Origin: Gemmatimonadota bacterium
GTDB lineage: Bacteria > Latescibacterota > UBA2968 > UBA8231
Length of the DNA stretch: 64,000 nucleotides
Reading direction: 5' to 3'
Assembly: GCA_038128265.1 (NCBI GenBank)
Contig: JAYPJE010000024.1
Location: forward strand, 1 to 64,000
Under the pieces are notes generated by a model. It saw nothing but the letters and a program-made list of their open reading frames with translations. It was not told the DNA's origin and searched no databases. The translations under genes were made by a program, and so were the position numbers. Shown one piece after another: positions 10,880 to 21,123 of the stretch; position 1 is the stretch's first letter, and the number at the start of each line of letters is the position of its first letter.

Positions 10880-12634
10880 TCAGCCCTGAACCGGTCGCAG
10901 ATTGAGCAACACCAGCAGCCAGCCGCGGTGCCAGTAGGCACTGTTGATATAGGGGTTGTCTTGCGTCGGCCAGTTGGTCCAGTAGGTCTCGTTGTGCGGA
11001 ATGCGGTGGTACCACTGCACGAGGGGAATCGACGGTAGATCACCTAGCCAGATCTGCATAGCCTCGCGGTAGAGCTGCATCAGGCGAGGATCGCCCGGCG
11101 CAACCTCGGCCATCTGATCGACGACGCGATCGAAATCTTCGTTGGGCCAGCGCCAAAAGTACTCCGCCGAGGTGCCCGTCGGCTGCACAAAGCGACTGTG
11201 ATACAGGCGCAGCGTAAAGTAGGGATCGCGCACCGAACCGCCGTGCCCGGTAATAAAGGCACGCGCCTCGCCCTGTGCCATGCGGGTATACGCGTCGGAT
11301 GTCATGCGAAAATCAGCGTCAAAGCCGGCGCGTTCCAACTGCGCAACCAGCACCGGGGCTAGGTCGTTAAAGATCGGAAAAATATCGATAATAACGCGGA
11401 AGGGACGGCCGTCTTTTTGCCAAAAGCCGTCCTCTCCTCGCTCCCATCCCTTGGCGCGCATAATTTCGGCGCTCTTCTCGACGTCAAATACGCCCACTTC
11501 GCTCTCCTGTAGCAAATCTTCTACGGCGCCGAAGTAGGGCCGGAGCGCAGGGTAGTCGGGAAAGGGCAGGAGCGTCGGCTTGCCGGCACCCTGCCAGCCA
11601 ATTTCCACTAGCTGGTCTCGATCGATAGCGTAGTTTATGGCGCGGCGCATATCGGGATCGTTAAAGGGCGGTTCGAGCGTGTTGAATCCGAGCGAAATCG
11701 GCCAAAAATCGACGTATCCTAGCGGCGGCTGGCGCCCCGTCCACGTGCTGACGCGCGCGTTGCGATCGACGATCGTTTGGATGTTGGGGGGACGCAGGTC
11801 TAAACTCGTGTCCATTGCGTTGGCAATCAAATTTTGCACGCGCTTGGCCTCTTCCATATAGGGCAGATAGATAACGCGCTCCACCTGCGGCTTTGCAGCC
11901 AAACCGACCTTTTCGCCCCACCAGCCGTCGCGCACGTCCCAAATCCGCTGCTGCGGCGAAGACAGGGCCATTGTATAGGGTCCCGATACGACGGGCCAAC
12001 CCCGCTGTAGGTCAAAGTTTTCAAACGTATTGGGGTCTTTGCCCTCCCATATATGACGCGGCACGATCGGCACGCCAATGCCAAAAATTGCCGTGAAGTA
12101 GGAAAACGCAAAGCGCGGGTTGGGCGCCGTTAATTCGATACGCGCCGTTAGCGAATCAACGGCTACCGCCGTTTTTACCCAATTGGCCATATCCGTCGAA
12201 TAGGTAAGCGAGGGTGCGTTGTCCTTCAGCATATTGACGGTAAAGACCACGTCGTGCGCCGTCCAAGGCGTGCCGTCACTCCACTCAACGCCTTCGCGAA
12301 TATGGACGACGAGTTCCGTGTAATCGTCGTTGAACGCGTGTCCGGTGGCGATCCAGGGAATGACCTCGTCCTTGAATGCATTGTAGTAGTAGAGCGGCTC
12401 GTAGAGAAAATTGAACCCTGTGCGCGAAGTAGTTCCGGGTAGAAAGGGATTAAAGGAGTTGTAGTCTTGGATCTGACCGCCGCAAATATTGCTCTCGGCG
12501 CAGTCCATAATGAGCGTGCGGTTGCGCGGCACGTTGGCCAGGCTGGCACCTCCCCCTCCATGGTCGGCAGGCTGTTCCCCACAGCCGACCCACAAAAAGA
12601 TCATCCATGCGAGCATCGTGCATTGTTTTGCCAA
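10880..12634 (-). CDS. ABC transporter family-5 substrate-binding lipoprotein (paralog 1)
   Basis: Lipobox-like [47 protein letters not shown] start after AAGGAG. Confidence 0.9.
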   Translation of the reverse strand: MAKQCTMLAWMIFLWVGCGEQPADHGGGGASLANVPRNRTLIMDCAESNICGGQIQDYNSFNPFLPGTTSRTGFNFLYEPLYYYNAFKDEVIPWIATGHAFNDDYTELVVHIREGVEWSDGTPWTAHDVVFTVNMLKDNAPSLTYSTDMANWVKTAVAVDSLTARIELTAPNPRFAFSYFTAIFGIGVPIVPRHIWEGKDPNTFENFDLQRGWPVVSGPYTMALSSPQQRIWDVRDGWWGEKVGLAAKPQVERVIYLPYMEEAKRVQNLIANAMDTSLDLRPPNIQTIVDRNARVSTWTGRQPPLGYVDFWPISLGFNTLEPPFNDPDMRRAINYAIDRDQLVEIGWQGAGKPTLLPFPDYPALRPYFGAVEDLLQESEVGVFDVEKSAEIMRAKGWERGEDGFWQKDGRPFRVIIDIFPIFNDLAPVLVAQLERAGFDADFRMTSDAYTRMAQGEARAFITGHGGSVRDPYFTLRLYHSRFVQPTGTSAEYFWRWPNEDFDRVVDQMAEVAPGDPRLMQLYREAMQIWLGDLPSIPLVQWYHRIPHNETYWTNWPTQDNPYINSAYWHRGWLLVLLNLRPVQG

Positions 12635-12800
12635 AAAGTGCGCTCCTTTTCTAAGTGCCGACAAGAATACTCGGAATATCTCCGCCCCCGCGAAACCAAT
12701 AAACGCATGCCGCGTCTCTATGGTCTATATTACTTTGCTAACGCTTCACGAGCCGTGCATTATACTACGCAAAAAACCACTCTTCTGGAAAGGATACCCT

Positions 12801-13589
12801 ATGCGCTGTCAGGAAATAGACTATCAGATATACGGCAACGATCTACAGGTAGTGGAGGTCGAACTCGATCCCGGCGAAACCGTCATTGCCGAAGCCGGTG
12901 CGATGAACTGGATGGACGATCGGATTAGTTTTGAGAGCAAAATGGGCGACGGATCCAAAGCCGATGAAGGTTTTATGGGCAAGCTACTCAACGTTGGCAA
13001 GCGCGCCCTAACCGGTGAATCGCTCTTTATGACCCATTTCACCAACGATGGACGCGACAAAAAGCGCGTCGCCTTTGCCGCGCCCTATCCCGGCCACATC
13101 ATTCCCATCGACATGGCGCAAATTGGCGAAGAGCTCATATGTCAGAAGGACTCTTTTCTCTGCGCGGCGCTGGGCACCGAGCTCAGCATCGCTTTTAACC
13201 GCCGACTCGGCAGCGGCTTTTTTGGCGGCGAGGGCTTTATCCTACAGCGACTGCGCGGCGACGGCATGGCCTTTGTACACGCCGGCGGCACCGTCGTTAA
13301 AAAGGAGCTCAACAACGAATTAGTTCGCGTCGATACGGGCTGCTTGGTCGCCTTTACCCCCGGTATTGACTACGATATCGAAATGACGCGCGGACTCAAG
13401 TCGATGTTCTTTGGCGGCGAAGGTCTGTTCTTGGCCACGCTGCAAGGCACGGGCACGGTCTATTTGCAAAGCCTGCCCTTCTCGCGCCTGGCAGACCGCA
13501 TTCTCGAAAACATGCCTTCAGCCGGAGGCAAGCAGCAGGGCGAAGGCTCGGTGCTGGGCGGCCTCGGCCGCATGATCGACGGCGACTAG
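12801..13589 (+). CDS. TIGR00266 / AIM24 family protein
   Basis: [57 protein letters not shown]. Real start is ATG 12801. Confidence 0.92.
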   Translation: MRCQEIDYQIYGNDLQVVEVELDPGETVIAEAGAMNWMDDRISFESKMGDGSKADEGFMGKLLNVGKRALTGESLFMTHFTNDGRDKKRVAFAAPYPGHIIPIDMAQIGEELICQKDSFLCAALGTELSIAFNRRLGSGFFGGEGFILQRLRGDGMAFVHAGGTVVKKELNNELVRVDTGCLVAFTPGIDYDIEMTRGLKSMFFGGEGLFLATLQGTGTVYLQSLPFSRLADRILENMPSAGGKQQGEGSVLGGLGRMIDGD

Positions 13590-13646
13590 CGGCGGCAGCG
13601 GCACCGTGCATGCATGCCATCTGCGTGCCAATAGAACCGCTGCTGG

Positions 13647-13675
13647 TTGACACGGTGCCGCGTTCTGGCGAAAAT
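13647..13675 (+). promoter_or_regulatory. Putative sigma70 promoter of second D-aminoacylase
   Basis: TTGACA-N17-GAAAAT, 64 nt upstream of ATG 13740. Confidence 0.45.
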
Positions 13676-13739
13676 GTGCCCGCGTTGGGGCTTGAGGCCC
13701 CAGCGCGCTATCGCACACTAACCTGCACGAGGCGTCCCT

Positions 13740-15344
13740 ATGTACGATCTCCTCATCAAAAATGGTCTCCTCATTGACGGCAGCGGAGCCCCCGCCTTCC
13801 AAGCGGACATTGCCGTACAAGATGGACGCATTGCCGCCATAGGCGCACTTGGCGACGGACCGGCGCGCCAGACGGTCGATGCCAGCGACCGCTGCGTTTG
13901 CCCCGGCTTCATCGATATTCATACGCACTCCGACCTGACCATCGCTCTGGACGGCCGCGCCTACAGTTCGCTGGCACAGGGTATCACTACGCAGATTATG
14001 GGCAACTGCGGCGTCTCGGCTGCGCCCACGCGCGACGGAGATCCGTACTACGGGCCCCTTGACCCAAGCATGACGCGCGGTCTAGTCTGCGATTGGACGC
14101 ACTTCGACCAATACTTTGCGCGCCTGGAAGACCAGGGTTTGGGCACCAATACAGCGACCCTTGTTGGCCACGGCAATATTCGCGTCGCCGCCATGGGATA
14201 CGACGATCGGCCGCCTACGGACAAAGAAATGGCGACCATGCTCGACCTAACGGCGCGCGCTATGGACGACGGCTGCTTCGGCTTGTCCAGCGGCCTGGCC
14301 TATGCGCCGGGGCCCTATGCGGCCCCAGAAGAACTGGTGGCCTTGAGCGAAGTCGTCGCGCGCCACGGCGGCATCTATACCTCGCATATCCGCAACCAGA
14401 CCGAAGGCATTGCCGCCGCTGTAGGAGAAGTAACTAGCGTTGGACAGCGCGCGCGCCTAGCCGCGCACGTTTCGCATATGCAGCCGGGCGCGCCGATGAT
14501 CGGCTCAACGCGCCAGCTGCTCGACGACATCGACGCACTGCGCGCCAGCGGCGTGGACATTAGCTGCGATGCCATACCCTACACCGTCGGCAGCACTACG
14601 CTCAAATCGCTCTTACCGCCCTGGGCGCTGGACGGCGGCGACGAGGCACTGCTGCGCCGCCTAGGCGACCCGGAAATGCGCGAGAAGATCAAGGCCGATA
14701 CCATGCAGCACGGCGCCGAGAGCGGGGGTAGCCGCAAGCGCAACTTGGTCAAAGGACAGCAGTGGGAAAAAATCTGGCTGGGCAGCGCCGAGCAGAATGC
14801 CGCGCTGGCCGGACTCGATTTTGCAGAAATCGGACGACGACGCCAGCAGGATCCGCACGACGCCGTGCTCGACATCCTCATCGAAGAAAAAGCTCGCCCG
14901 TGGATGCTGGCCGAAGACGTGTCAGAAGAAGACTTTCTCAACATCGCCCGACACCCGGCCGGCGGCGTCATATCCGACGGGTTCTCGCTGGTGCCCGAAG
15001 GCGTGCTGGCCGAGGGTAAGCACCACCCGCGCTCATACGCGGCCTTTCCCTACTTCCTGCGCCGCTTTGTGCGCGAACAGACAGCGCTGAGCTGGGAGGA
15101 GGCCATCTTTAAACTCAGCGGGCACGCCGCCGCGCGCTTTGGCCTATCCGATCGCGGCCTGCTGCGCGAAGGACTGTGCGCCGACCTGGTCGTCTTTGAC
15201 CCGAAGACTATAAGCGAGGGCGCCGACTTTGAGTCGCCGTACCAGTATCCCAGCGGTATCGACTGCGTCGTGGTCAATGGAGCCGTCGCCGTCGAACGCG
15301 GCGAGCTCAGCGACGTGCGCGCCGGTCAGGTGCTGCGCAAATGA
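13740..15344 (+). CDS. N-acyl-D-amino-acid deacylase (D-aminoacylase) family
   Basis: PGFIDIHTHSD, QGITTQIMGNCG, SHIRN, SHMQ, SDG, HHPRSYAAF. Confidence 0.92.
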   Translation: MYDLLIKNGLLIDGSGAPAFQADIAVQDGRIAAIGALGDGPARQTVDASDRCVCPGFIDIHTHSDLTIALDGRAYSSLAQGITTQIMGNCGVSAAPTRDGDPYYGPLDPSMTRGLVCDWTHFDQYFARLEDQGLGTNTATLVGHGNIRVAAMGYDDRPPTDKEMATMLDLTARAMDDGCFGLSSGLAYAPGPYAAPEELVALSEVVARHGGIYTSHIRNQTEGIAAAVGEVTSVGQRARLAAHVSHMQPGAPMIGSTRQLLDDIDALRASGVDISCDAIPYTVGSTTLKSLLPPWALDGGDEALLRRLGDPEMREKIKADTMQHGAESGGSRKRNLVKGQQWEKIWLGSAEQNAALAGLDFAEIGRRRQQDPHDAVLDILIEEKARPWMLAEDVSEEDFLNIARHPAGGVISDGFSLVPEGVLAEGKHHPRSYAAFPYFLRRFVREQTALSWEEAIFKLSGHAAARFGLSDRGLLREGLCADLVVFDPKTISEGADFESPYQYPSGIDCVVVNGAVAVERGELSDVRAGQVLRK

Positions 15345-15417
15345 GTCGCTCGTCAACTAATAGGTGCGAACCCGAGCGAGGTCACGCCCGTTAGGGAAGC
15401 CCCATAATCCGCATGTT

Positions 15418-16410
15418 CTAATGGATAATTTTGTCGAGCAGGCCGTTTGCTTCTAGGGCCCAGTAGAGCTTTTGCGCCAATTCCCACGAACCTTCGCTCG
15501 TCAGGTGGATTCCGTCCTCGACAAAATACTTATGCGCCAGGTCTTCTTGTGGAAACTGGTCAAACGCGACCAGCATATCGACGAGCAGCGCGCCCTCATC
15601 GCGCGCAACCTCGCGTACGATTTCGGCATAGCGCCGGTGTAGCGGCACCAATTCGCTCAGATCCTCAAGCCAGCGTTCACCTAGGTAAACCGGCTCGCGT
15701 CCCACGCGGTGCGAGGAGGGCGCCGTCAATAGCACCGGCTCGATATCTGCTGCACGCGCCGTGCGCACCATCGCCGTCAGGTTGCCGCGAAAGTCCTCTT
15801 CCGAAACGCGGCGCGGACGCCCGCCATCGCCGTATCGACCAATAGCCAGATAGCTAAACAGCTGCACCAGGCGCCAGTCGTCAAAGCGCATTAGCAGTGA
15901 GCGATCGGCATTGAACGCCCCGATGTCCTTGTCGGCGATGCCAAAGCTAATCCAGTGATCGTTCCACCCGTAGTATAGGGTGACGATCTGCGGCTGCATG
16001 GGCACGATATCGCGCTTGAGCTGTTGCAGTCCTTGGTAGGAGCTCCAACCACCAACGCCCGCATTAACAAAGTTAAAGCTGTTCTGTGGATGGGCCTGAT
16101 CAATAATGCTGCTAAATAGCCGGCTGTAGTTGCTCCACGCCGTGCAAGAATCGCCCATAAAAACGATATTGGGCCGGCTGCCGCTCAACTTGTTGACATT
16201 CTCGCGGTACCCCTTTGGCACCCACAGCATTTCTTCGTCGGCTGTAAACGTGTCTTCCATCAGCACGGGATCGGGCCAGCCAAATTCCACGCGCGCGGGA
16301 AAGAGCTTGTATTCAAAACCGAATACGCGCAGCAGCATTTCCCCTAAAAACAGGGAAACTACTATACTCCCAGCGAAGAGTGCTGCGGTTAGATAGGATT
16401 TTTCTTTCAC
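15418..16410 (-). CDS. Membrane-anchored SGNH/GDSL hydrolase
   Basis: N-terminal TM, GDS (block I), NAGVGG (II), GWND (III), DGIH (V). Confidence 0.87.
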   Translation of the reverse strand: MKEKSYLTAALFAGSIVVSLFLGEMLLRVFGFEYKLFPARVEFGWPDPVLMEDTFTADEEMLWVPKGYRENVNKLSGSRPNIVFMGDSCTAWSNYSRLFSSIIDQAHPQNSFNFVNAGVGGWSSYQGLQQLKRDIVPMQPQIVTLYYGWNDHWISFGIADKDIGAFNADRSLLMRFDDWRLVQLFSYLAIGRYGDGGRPRRVSEEDFRGNLTAMVRTARAADIEPVLLTAPSSHRVGREPVYLGERWLEDLSELVPLHRRYAEIVREVARDEGALLVDMLVAFDQFPQEDLAHKYFVEDGIHLTSEGSWELAQKLYWALEANGLLDKIIH

Positions 16411-16431
16411 GACCGCGTCCCCATTGCAGAC

Positions 16432-18342
16432 CTACCCTCTATCGTTAAAAGCGTCCTGTAGCGCACGTTCCAACAACCTCTGCGCTGCATCTGTGCCGAA
16501 GTTAGAAGGCGCAAAGCGCAGTATGGCGCGTAGCGCCTCATCGCGATCGCCCGCCGCGTAGAGCGACATTGCCCACTGCATATACGCATAGCGCATTTGC
16601 TCTCCGTCGTGCACGCCGTCTTCCAGTGCATCGACGGCGCGTCCGTACGCGCGCACGGCCGGACCGAAGGCGCGGCTGGTAAAGTAGATATCGCCCAGCG
16701 CTATATTGCGTTCAAAGGGGCTAGGGCGCAGGCGGACGCGCGGCTCCAAGCGAGCGCGCGATCGGTCTATATCTTCCGGAGAAACCGCTCGATAGGCTTC
16801 CCAATTGAGCCACGGATCCCACGCACCCCGATGGTATTCCCATATGGCACGCCAGCGCGCACCCGAAAAGAGCGGACCGCTCGTTATCAGACGCAGGCCA
16901 TCGTAGTAGCGGCCCAACCGGCGATCGGCCAATACATTTTCCCCGTAGATCAGCGTCTCGATATAGCCTTCGGGCATGATGCGCTCAAAGTGACCAGGGC
17001 TCCAATCGGCATCGGCAAATGCCGGCAAACGCGCCAGCAGCGCTGTACCGATACCAAGCACATCGGCGTGATAGAGTTTGGGGCCCGCATAGTACGGCAG
17101 GATTCCAATATTATAGTACGTCGTGACGACCAATTCCTGATGCTCGGCGCCTGCCCTGAGCTGCCGGCCGAAATCGACCCAATGATGGCGCGGAAAATGA
17201 ACGTCCTCGTCTGCATATAGCGCTTTGAGCAGTCCCGTCGCCGCGTGATAGTTCGCACGCTCGTCCAAGATACCGCGCATCGGCTCTACGCCCTGCTCTT
17301 CGTAATCGACGCCGCTGAGCGGCGGCGGCGCGGCCGCACTCAGGCCAACGGCCAAGACGACGCCGATCGCTGTAAGGCCAGCGCGTGCGTCGCGCAGCGG
17401 CACGGCGTGCACTAGCACACACACGGCACCCAAAAATGGCAGCGCAATAAAGCGACCCGTCATATAGTCGCCGCCAATGCGGACCACGTAGACCAAGTAG
17501 AGCGCGCAGCCCAGCAGAATAACGCCCTCTCGCACCGAGCGTCTATAGGCACACCACGCACTTGTTGCACCCAGTGCTACCAGCGCTAAGGGGTCGACGC
17601 GCAGCGAATTGTGCAGATAGCGCACCCCTTGGTGCGCTAGTTCCCAGAACGCCACGCCCGTGTTGAGCTTGGCATAGGCCGTGTTGGGCACAAAAAAGCC
17701 GTAGTATACCAACGAGAACAGTTCCCACCCCAAAAAGAGTGGCAATCCGCACAGCAGCAAGTACAGCGCGCGCGCGCTGCGCTCCTGCCACAAGCAGTAG
17801 AGAAGGGGGGGACCGTATATGACGAGCGAATCCATGCGCGTCAGCGCAGCCAATGCGGTCAATAAACCGAGCACAACAAGCCGGCGCGGTCCGCGGTCCG
17901 CGCGCAGAAAGACGGCGACAAACAGAGCCAGCAATAGATGCGACAGCGGGTTTTCCAGACCAGATGTCGAATAGTCGACAAAGGCTTTACACAAACATAG
18001 TAGGGCTGTCCCTAGCGCAACGGTCCATACGCTGGACGCTAGCACGGCCACGACGAGCACCGCCGCACCGAGCGAGCACAGCCAAGAGACAACCATGCTA
18101 GTGTAGAATACTTCGCCGCTTAGCCAATGCGCCAACGCCATTAGACCAAACCACAGCGGATGCGTGTACGTCTGTACGCGCTCACCGACGTTCCACACCG
18201 CACCGTAGCCGTTGAGCAAATTGTCTACCGTGCGGAAGGTGATAAAGGCATCTTCGTGCAGCCAAGTATTTTGCAAAACGACGAGCATATAAGCGGCCAA
18301 CGCAGCCGCTTGCAGCGCGCGATTAGGAGGGGTTGTGAGCAT
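16432..18342 (-). CDS. AftB-like GT-C polytopic glycosyltransferase with short C-terminal TPR-like segment
   Basis: EDAFITFRTVDNLLNGYG.VWN.GERVQTYTHPLW, TSGLE, GGDYMTGRF, PGH resemble actinobacterial AftB motifs. Many TM helices. Confidence 0.72.
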   Translation of the reverse strand: MLTTPPNRALQAAALAAYMLVVLQNTWLHEDAFITFRTVDNLLNGYGAVWNVGERVQTYTHPLWFGLMALAHWLSGEVFYTSMVVSWLCSLGAAVLVVAVLASSVWTVALGTALLCLCKAFVDYSTSGLENPLSHLLLALFVAVFLRADRGPRRLVVLGLLTALAALTRMDSLVIYGPPLLYCLWQERSARALYLLLCGLPLFLGWELFSLVYYGFFVPNTAYAKLNTGVAFWELAHQGVRYLHNSLRVDPLALVALGATSAWCAYRRSVREGVILLGCALYLVYVVRIGGDYMTGRFIALPFLGAVCVLVHAVPLRDARAGLTAIGVVLAVGLSAAAPPPLSGVDYEEQGVEPMRGILDERANYHAATGLLKALYADEDVHFPRHHWVDFGRQLRAGAEHQELVVTTYYNIGILPYYAGPKLYHADVLGIGTALLARLPAFADADWSPGHFERIMPEGYIETLIYGENVLADRRLGRYYDGLRLITSGPLFSGARWRAIWEYHRGAWDPWLNWEAYRAVSPEDIDRSRARLEPRVRLRPSPFERNIALGDIYFTSRAFGPAVRAYGRAVDALEDGVHDGEQMRYAYMQWAMSLYAAGDRDEALRAILRFAPSNFGTDAAQRLLERALQDAFNDRG

Positions 18343-18484
18343 CAAACCTTACGCTATTTTTGTTGGCGAGGGGCGAATTGAATGTAGAAGGCTGCCTATT
18401 ATTGAGCAAACGCACAGTGCGTTGCGATGACTGGTCACCGCCCTGGCCCGTTGAAACTGACCGAGATGCAATTCGAGGTGCTCC

Positions 18485-19855
18485 ATGGCACATCAGCCCA
18501 ACCTCATCGTCATACTGTCTGATCAGCTGCGCCGGCACGCCCTATCGTGCTACGGCGATCCGGACGCGCGCACTCCGCACACAGCCCAGCTAGCGGCTGA
18601 CGGCGTGCGCTTTACCAACGCCTGCTCGACATATCCGATTTGCGTACCCTTTCGCTTTACCATGATGACCGGCGAATACGCACACACGCGCTGGGTTCCC
18701 GGCATCGAGTACCGCATGTCGCCACGCGAGCGCACGCTAGCCGACGAGTTTAACGAGGCAGGCTATCAGACGGTCTACGTCGGCAAGTGGCACCTAGACG
18801 GCGGGCACGGGCGCATGGGATCCGCCGTGCAAACTAACCGCACGCCCGTGCGACGCGCATATCAGGGGCGCTGGCAAACGTGGTTTGGCTTTGAGCTACG
18901 AAACGGGCCTTTTGACACCTGTTATTTTGCCAACGACGATCCGACGCCTATACCAATAGCGGGCTACCAAACCGACGGCCTTTTCGAAGTTGGCATGCAA
19001 CACCTCAAAGAGCGAAACAATCCGCACGAGCCATTTTGCATGGTCATCTCCGTTGAGCCACCGCACGATCCGTTTGAAGCGCCGGCTGCGCTACAGGATG
19101 CGTGGGAGACGCGCGATATCGCTCTCCCGCCCAACTTTGCCCCCAAGGACGATGTCCAGCGCATGCGCTTTATAGGCGAGCGCAAACGCTACAACGCCAT
19201 GGTGGAAAACCTCGATCAAAACGTGGGGAAATTGCGCGCCTTTTTGCGCGAAGAGCGGCTAGCTGATGAGACGATTATCGTCTTTCTATCCGACCACGGA
19301 GAGCTTGGCGGAGCCCACGGTTTAGGGCGCAAACAGTGGCCCTACGAAGAGTCGGTCGGCATACCGCTCATCGTCTGCGATCCGCGCCTGCCCTCCCGTG
19401 CGGGCAGCGTCGTCTCGACGCCCACCTGCACGGAAGACCTCTTTCCAACATTCCTGGGGTTATGCGGTCTAACGGCGCCCAGTTCGCTACCTGGAACCGA
19501 CCTCACACCGCTCGTATCGGGCACGGATGCCATGCTGCAACGAGAAGGCGTCATGCTGCAATTTGTCGCCGAACTGCGCCATAACCAGGTCTTTCACGAC
19601 GCCGTCTGGCGCGCCTTTCGCAGCGAACGGTTGAAATACGTCGTGCGCGGCGATAAAAACGCATCGCAGCCGTGGATGCTCTTTGATTTACACAACGATC
19701 CCTACGAAATGCACAACCTCGTTGACGACCCCGCGTGGAATGGGCATAAAAAACGCTTGCATGAACAGCTCCGCCTGCGCATAGACGAGACAGACGACCC
19801 CTTCGTGCTTTCACCCGCTTGGAATGCGCCTGGCCTCAACGAATGGCAACCGTGA
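18485..19855 (+). CDS. Cys-type sulfatase (cytoplasmic, no signal peptide)
   Basis: PNLIVILSDQ, CVPFR (CxPxR), GKWH, PPH, SDHG, K.WPYEES. Confidence 0.92.
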   Translation: MAHQPNLIVILSDQLRRHALSCYGDPDARTPHTAQLAADGVRFTNACSTYPICVPFRFTMMTGEYAHTRWVPGIEYRMSPRERTLADEFNEAGYQTVYVGKWHLDGGHGRMGSAVQTNRTPVRRAYQGRWQTWFGFELRNGPFDTCYFANDDPTPIPIAGYQTDGLFEVGMQHLKERNNPHEPFCMVISVEPPHDPFEAPAALQDAWETRDIALPPNFAPKDDVQRMRFIGERKRYNAMVENLDQNVGKLRAFLREERLADETIIVFLSDHGELGGAHGLGRKQWPYEESVGIPLIVCDPRLPSRAGSVVSTPTCTEDLFPTFLGLCGLTAPSSLPGTDLTPLVSGTDAMLQREGVMLQFVAELRHNQVFHDAVWRAFRSERLKYVVRGDKNASQPWMLFDLHNDPYEMHNLVDDPAWNGHKKRLHEQLRLRIDETDDPFVLSPAWNAPGLNEWQP

Positions 19856-19919
19856 GAGTCCATTTGTTTCGTAAGTATGGAGGCCGTAGACGCATTCCCT
19901 TGCACAGCGTCATCTGCAC

Positions 19920-21086
19920 CTATGCTTCCTCGCTCGGCACCGAAAACATTTCGCGCCGATAGGGCAAGAACGGGCCCTGCTCACAGTATAGTGCGTGATA
20001 GCGAGCGACTTTCTCTTCGTCGACGTCCACGCCGAGACCGACTCCCTTTGGAACACCCCAATGCGGCCCATCGGCGATGGGCAAGCGTTCGCGCACGATA
20101 TCGTCTTCCATCATCGCGGCCACCTGCTGGTTGCCATCGACTACATTCGGCAAGGTCAGGCAGACGTGATGCGACGCAGCGGCCATGAGGCCCAATTCGC
20201 CGTGGGTATGGCGACACACCTGCAGGCCCTCGCCGTGCGCTTGCCAGCTCAGGCGATAGAATTGCCCCAGCGTGCCCACCCAATTGCTGCTGAAGCAGAG
20301 CACGTCGGCCGCGCGCCGCCCAATGACTTCACGCACATCGCAAACCCGCCACAGCCCCTCGTTGGCACAGAGCGCGACCGGCGTTTGTCGACGCACCTCG
20401 ACCATATTATCCACTGGGTCCGGCCATACCGGCTGTTCGGCGAAATCAATGCGATGGGCATCAAAGGCGGTCAAGTTGCGAATCGCCTCGTTGACGCTCC
20501 AAGCGCCGTTGGCATCAATGCGAATTTTTCGCCGCGGTCCAATCGCCGAACGCAGCGCGCCCACCGCTGCCAATTCGCGTTCGAAATCAATACCCACTTT
20601 CAGGTAGAACACATTGTATCCCTGTTCGACGCCCTCTACCGCTTGGGCGGCAACCGCGTCGGGTTCGCCGTAGGACAGGTAATAAAAATAGTCGACGCTG
20701 TCGCGCTGCAGACCGCCAAACAAATTGTAGAGCGGTTGCTGAGCGGCCTTGCCGCACAGGTCCCAGAGCGCCATATCGAGCCCGGCAAACGCGAAGTTGC
20801 CGCTCATCTCGCGGTGATACCAGTGGGCCGTCATAAAAAAATCGCGCGCGATCGCCTCGCGCTGCCACGGATCGCGACCAACAAAGAGCGGAGCGACCGA
20901 ATCGAGTGCCGCATGAATGCTCTCGACGTTGGGACCAGGACAGCTCTCACCCCAGCCCACCAGGCCGCAGTCCGTGCTGACTTTGACCAACACGGCCGTC
21001 ACGCCATCGCGTCGCACGCGCGACGACGTTTCGCGGTGCCTGTAGGGCACGCTGACAATCGTGTTCTCAATGGATGTAATTTTCAC
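19920..21086 (-). CDS. Mandelate racemase/muconate lactonizing enzyme (enolase superfamily)
   Basis: GLVGWGE, DMALWDLCGK, YLKVG, DANG, EQP, ANE metal ligands, P.GVGLGVDVD. Confidence 0.88.
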   Translation of the reverse strand: MKITSIENTIVSVPYRHRETSSRVRRDGVTAVLVKVSTDCGLVGWGESCPGPNVESIHAALDSVAPLFVGRDPWQREAIARDFFMTAHWYHREMSGNFAFAGLDMALWDLCGKAAQQPLYNLFGGLQRDSVDYFYYLSYGEPDAVAAQAVEGVEQGYNVFYLKVGIDFERELAAVGALRSAIGPRRKIRIDANGAWSVNEAIRNLTAFDAHRIDFAEQPVWPDPVDNMVEVRRQTPVALCANEGLWRVCDVREVIGRRAADVLCFSSNWVGTLGQFYRLSWQAHGEGLQVCRHTHGELGLMAAASHHVCLTLPNVVDGNQQVAAMMEDDIVRERLPIADGPHWGVPKGVGLGVDVDEEKVARYHALYCEQGPFLPYRREMFSVPSEEA

Positions 21087-21123
21087 GTGCGCACTTTCAC
21101 GAAAAAATGCTAGAAGACCCGCA

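Noticed and set aside
12489..12800. Long N-terminal extensions in the ORF track (12489, 3646, 11043, 23037, 37253/36877, 46037, 51534)
   Set aside because: They overlap neighbouring genes or promoters. Family homology, signal peptides and, in most cases, an RBS begin at downstream starts.
19995..21113. 372-aa plus-strand ORF (also 53986-55038, 350 aa)
   Set aside because: Fully antisense to well-supported genes, with no recognisable motifs. Such ORFs are common in high-GC DNA.
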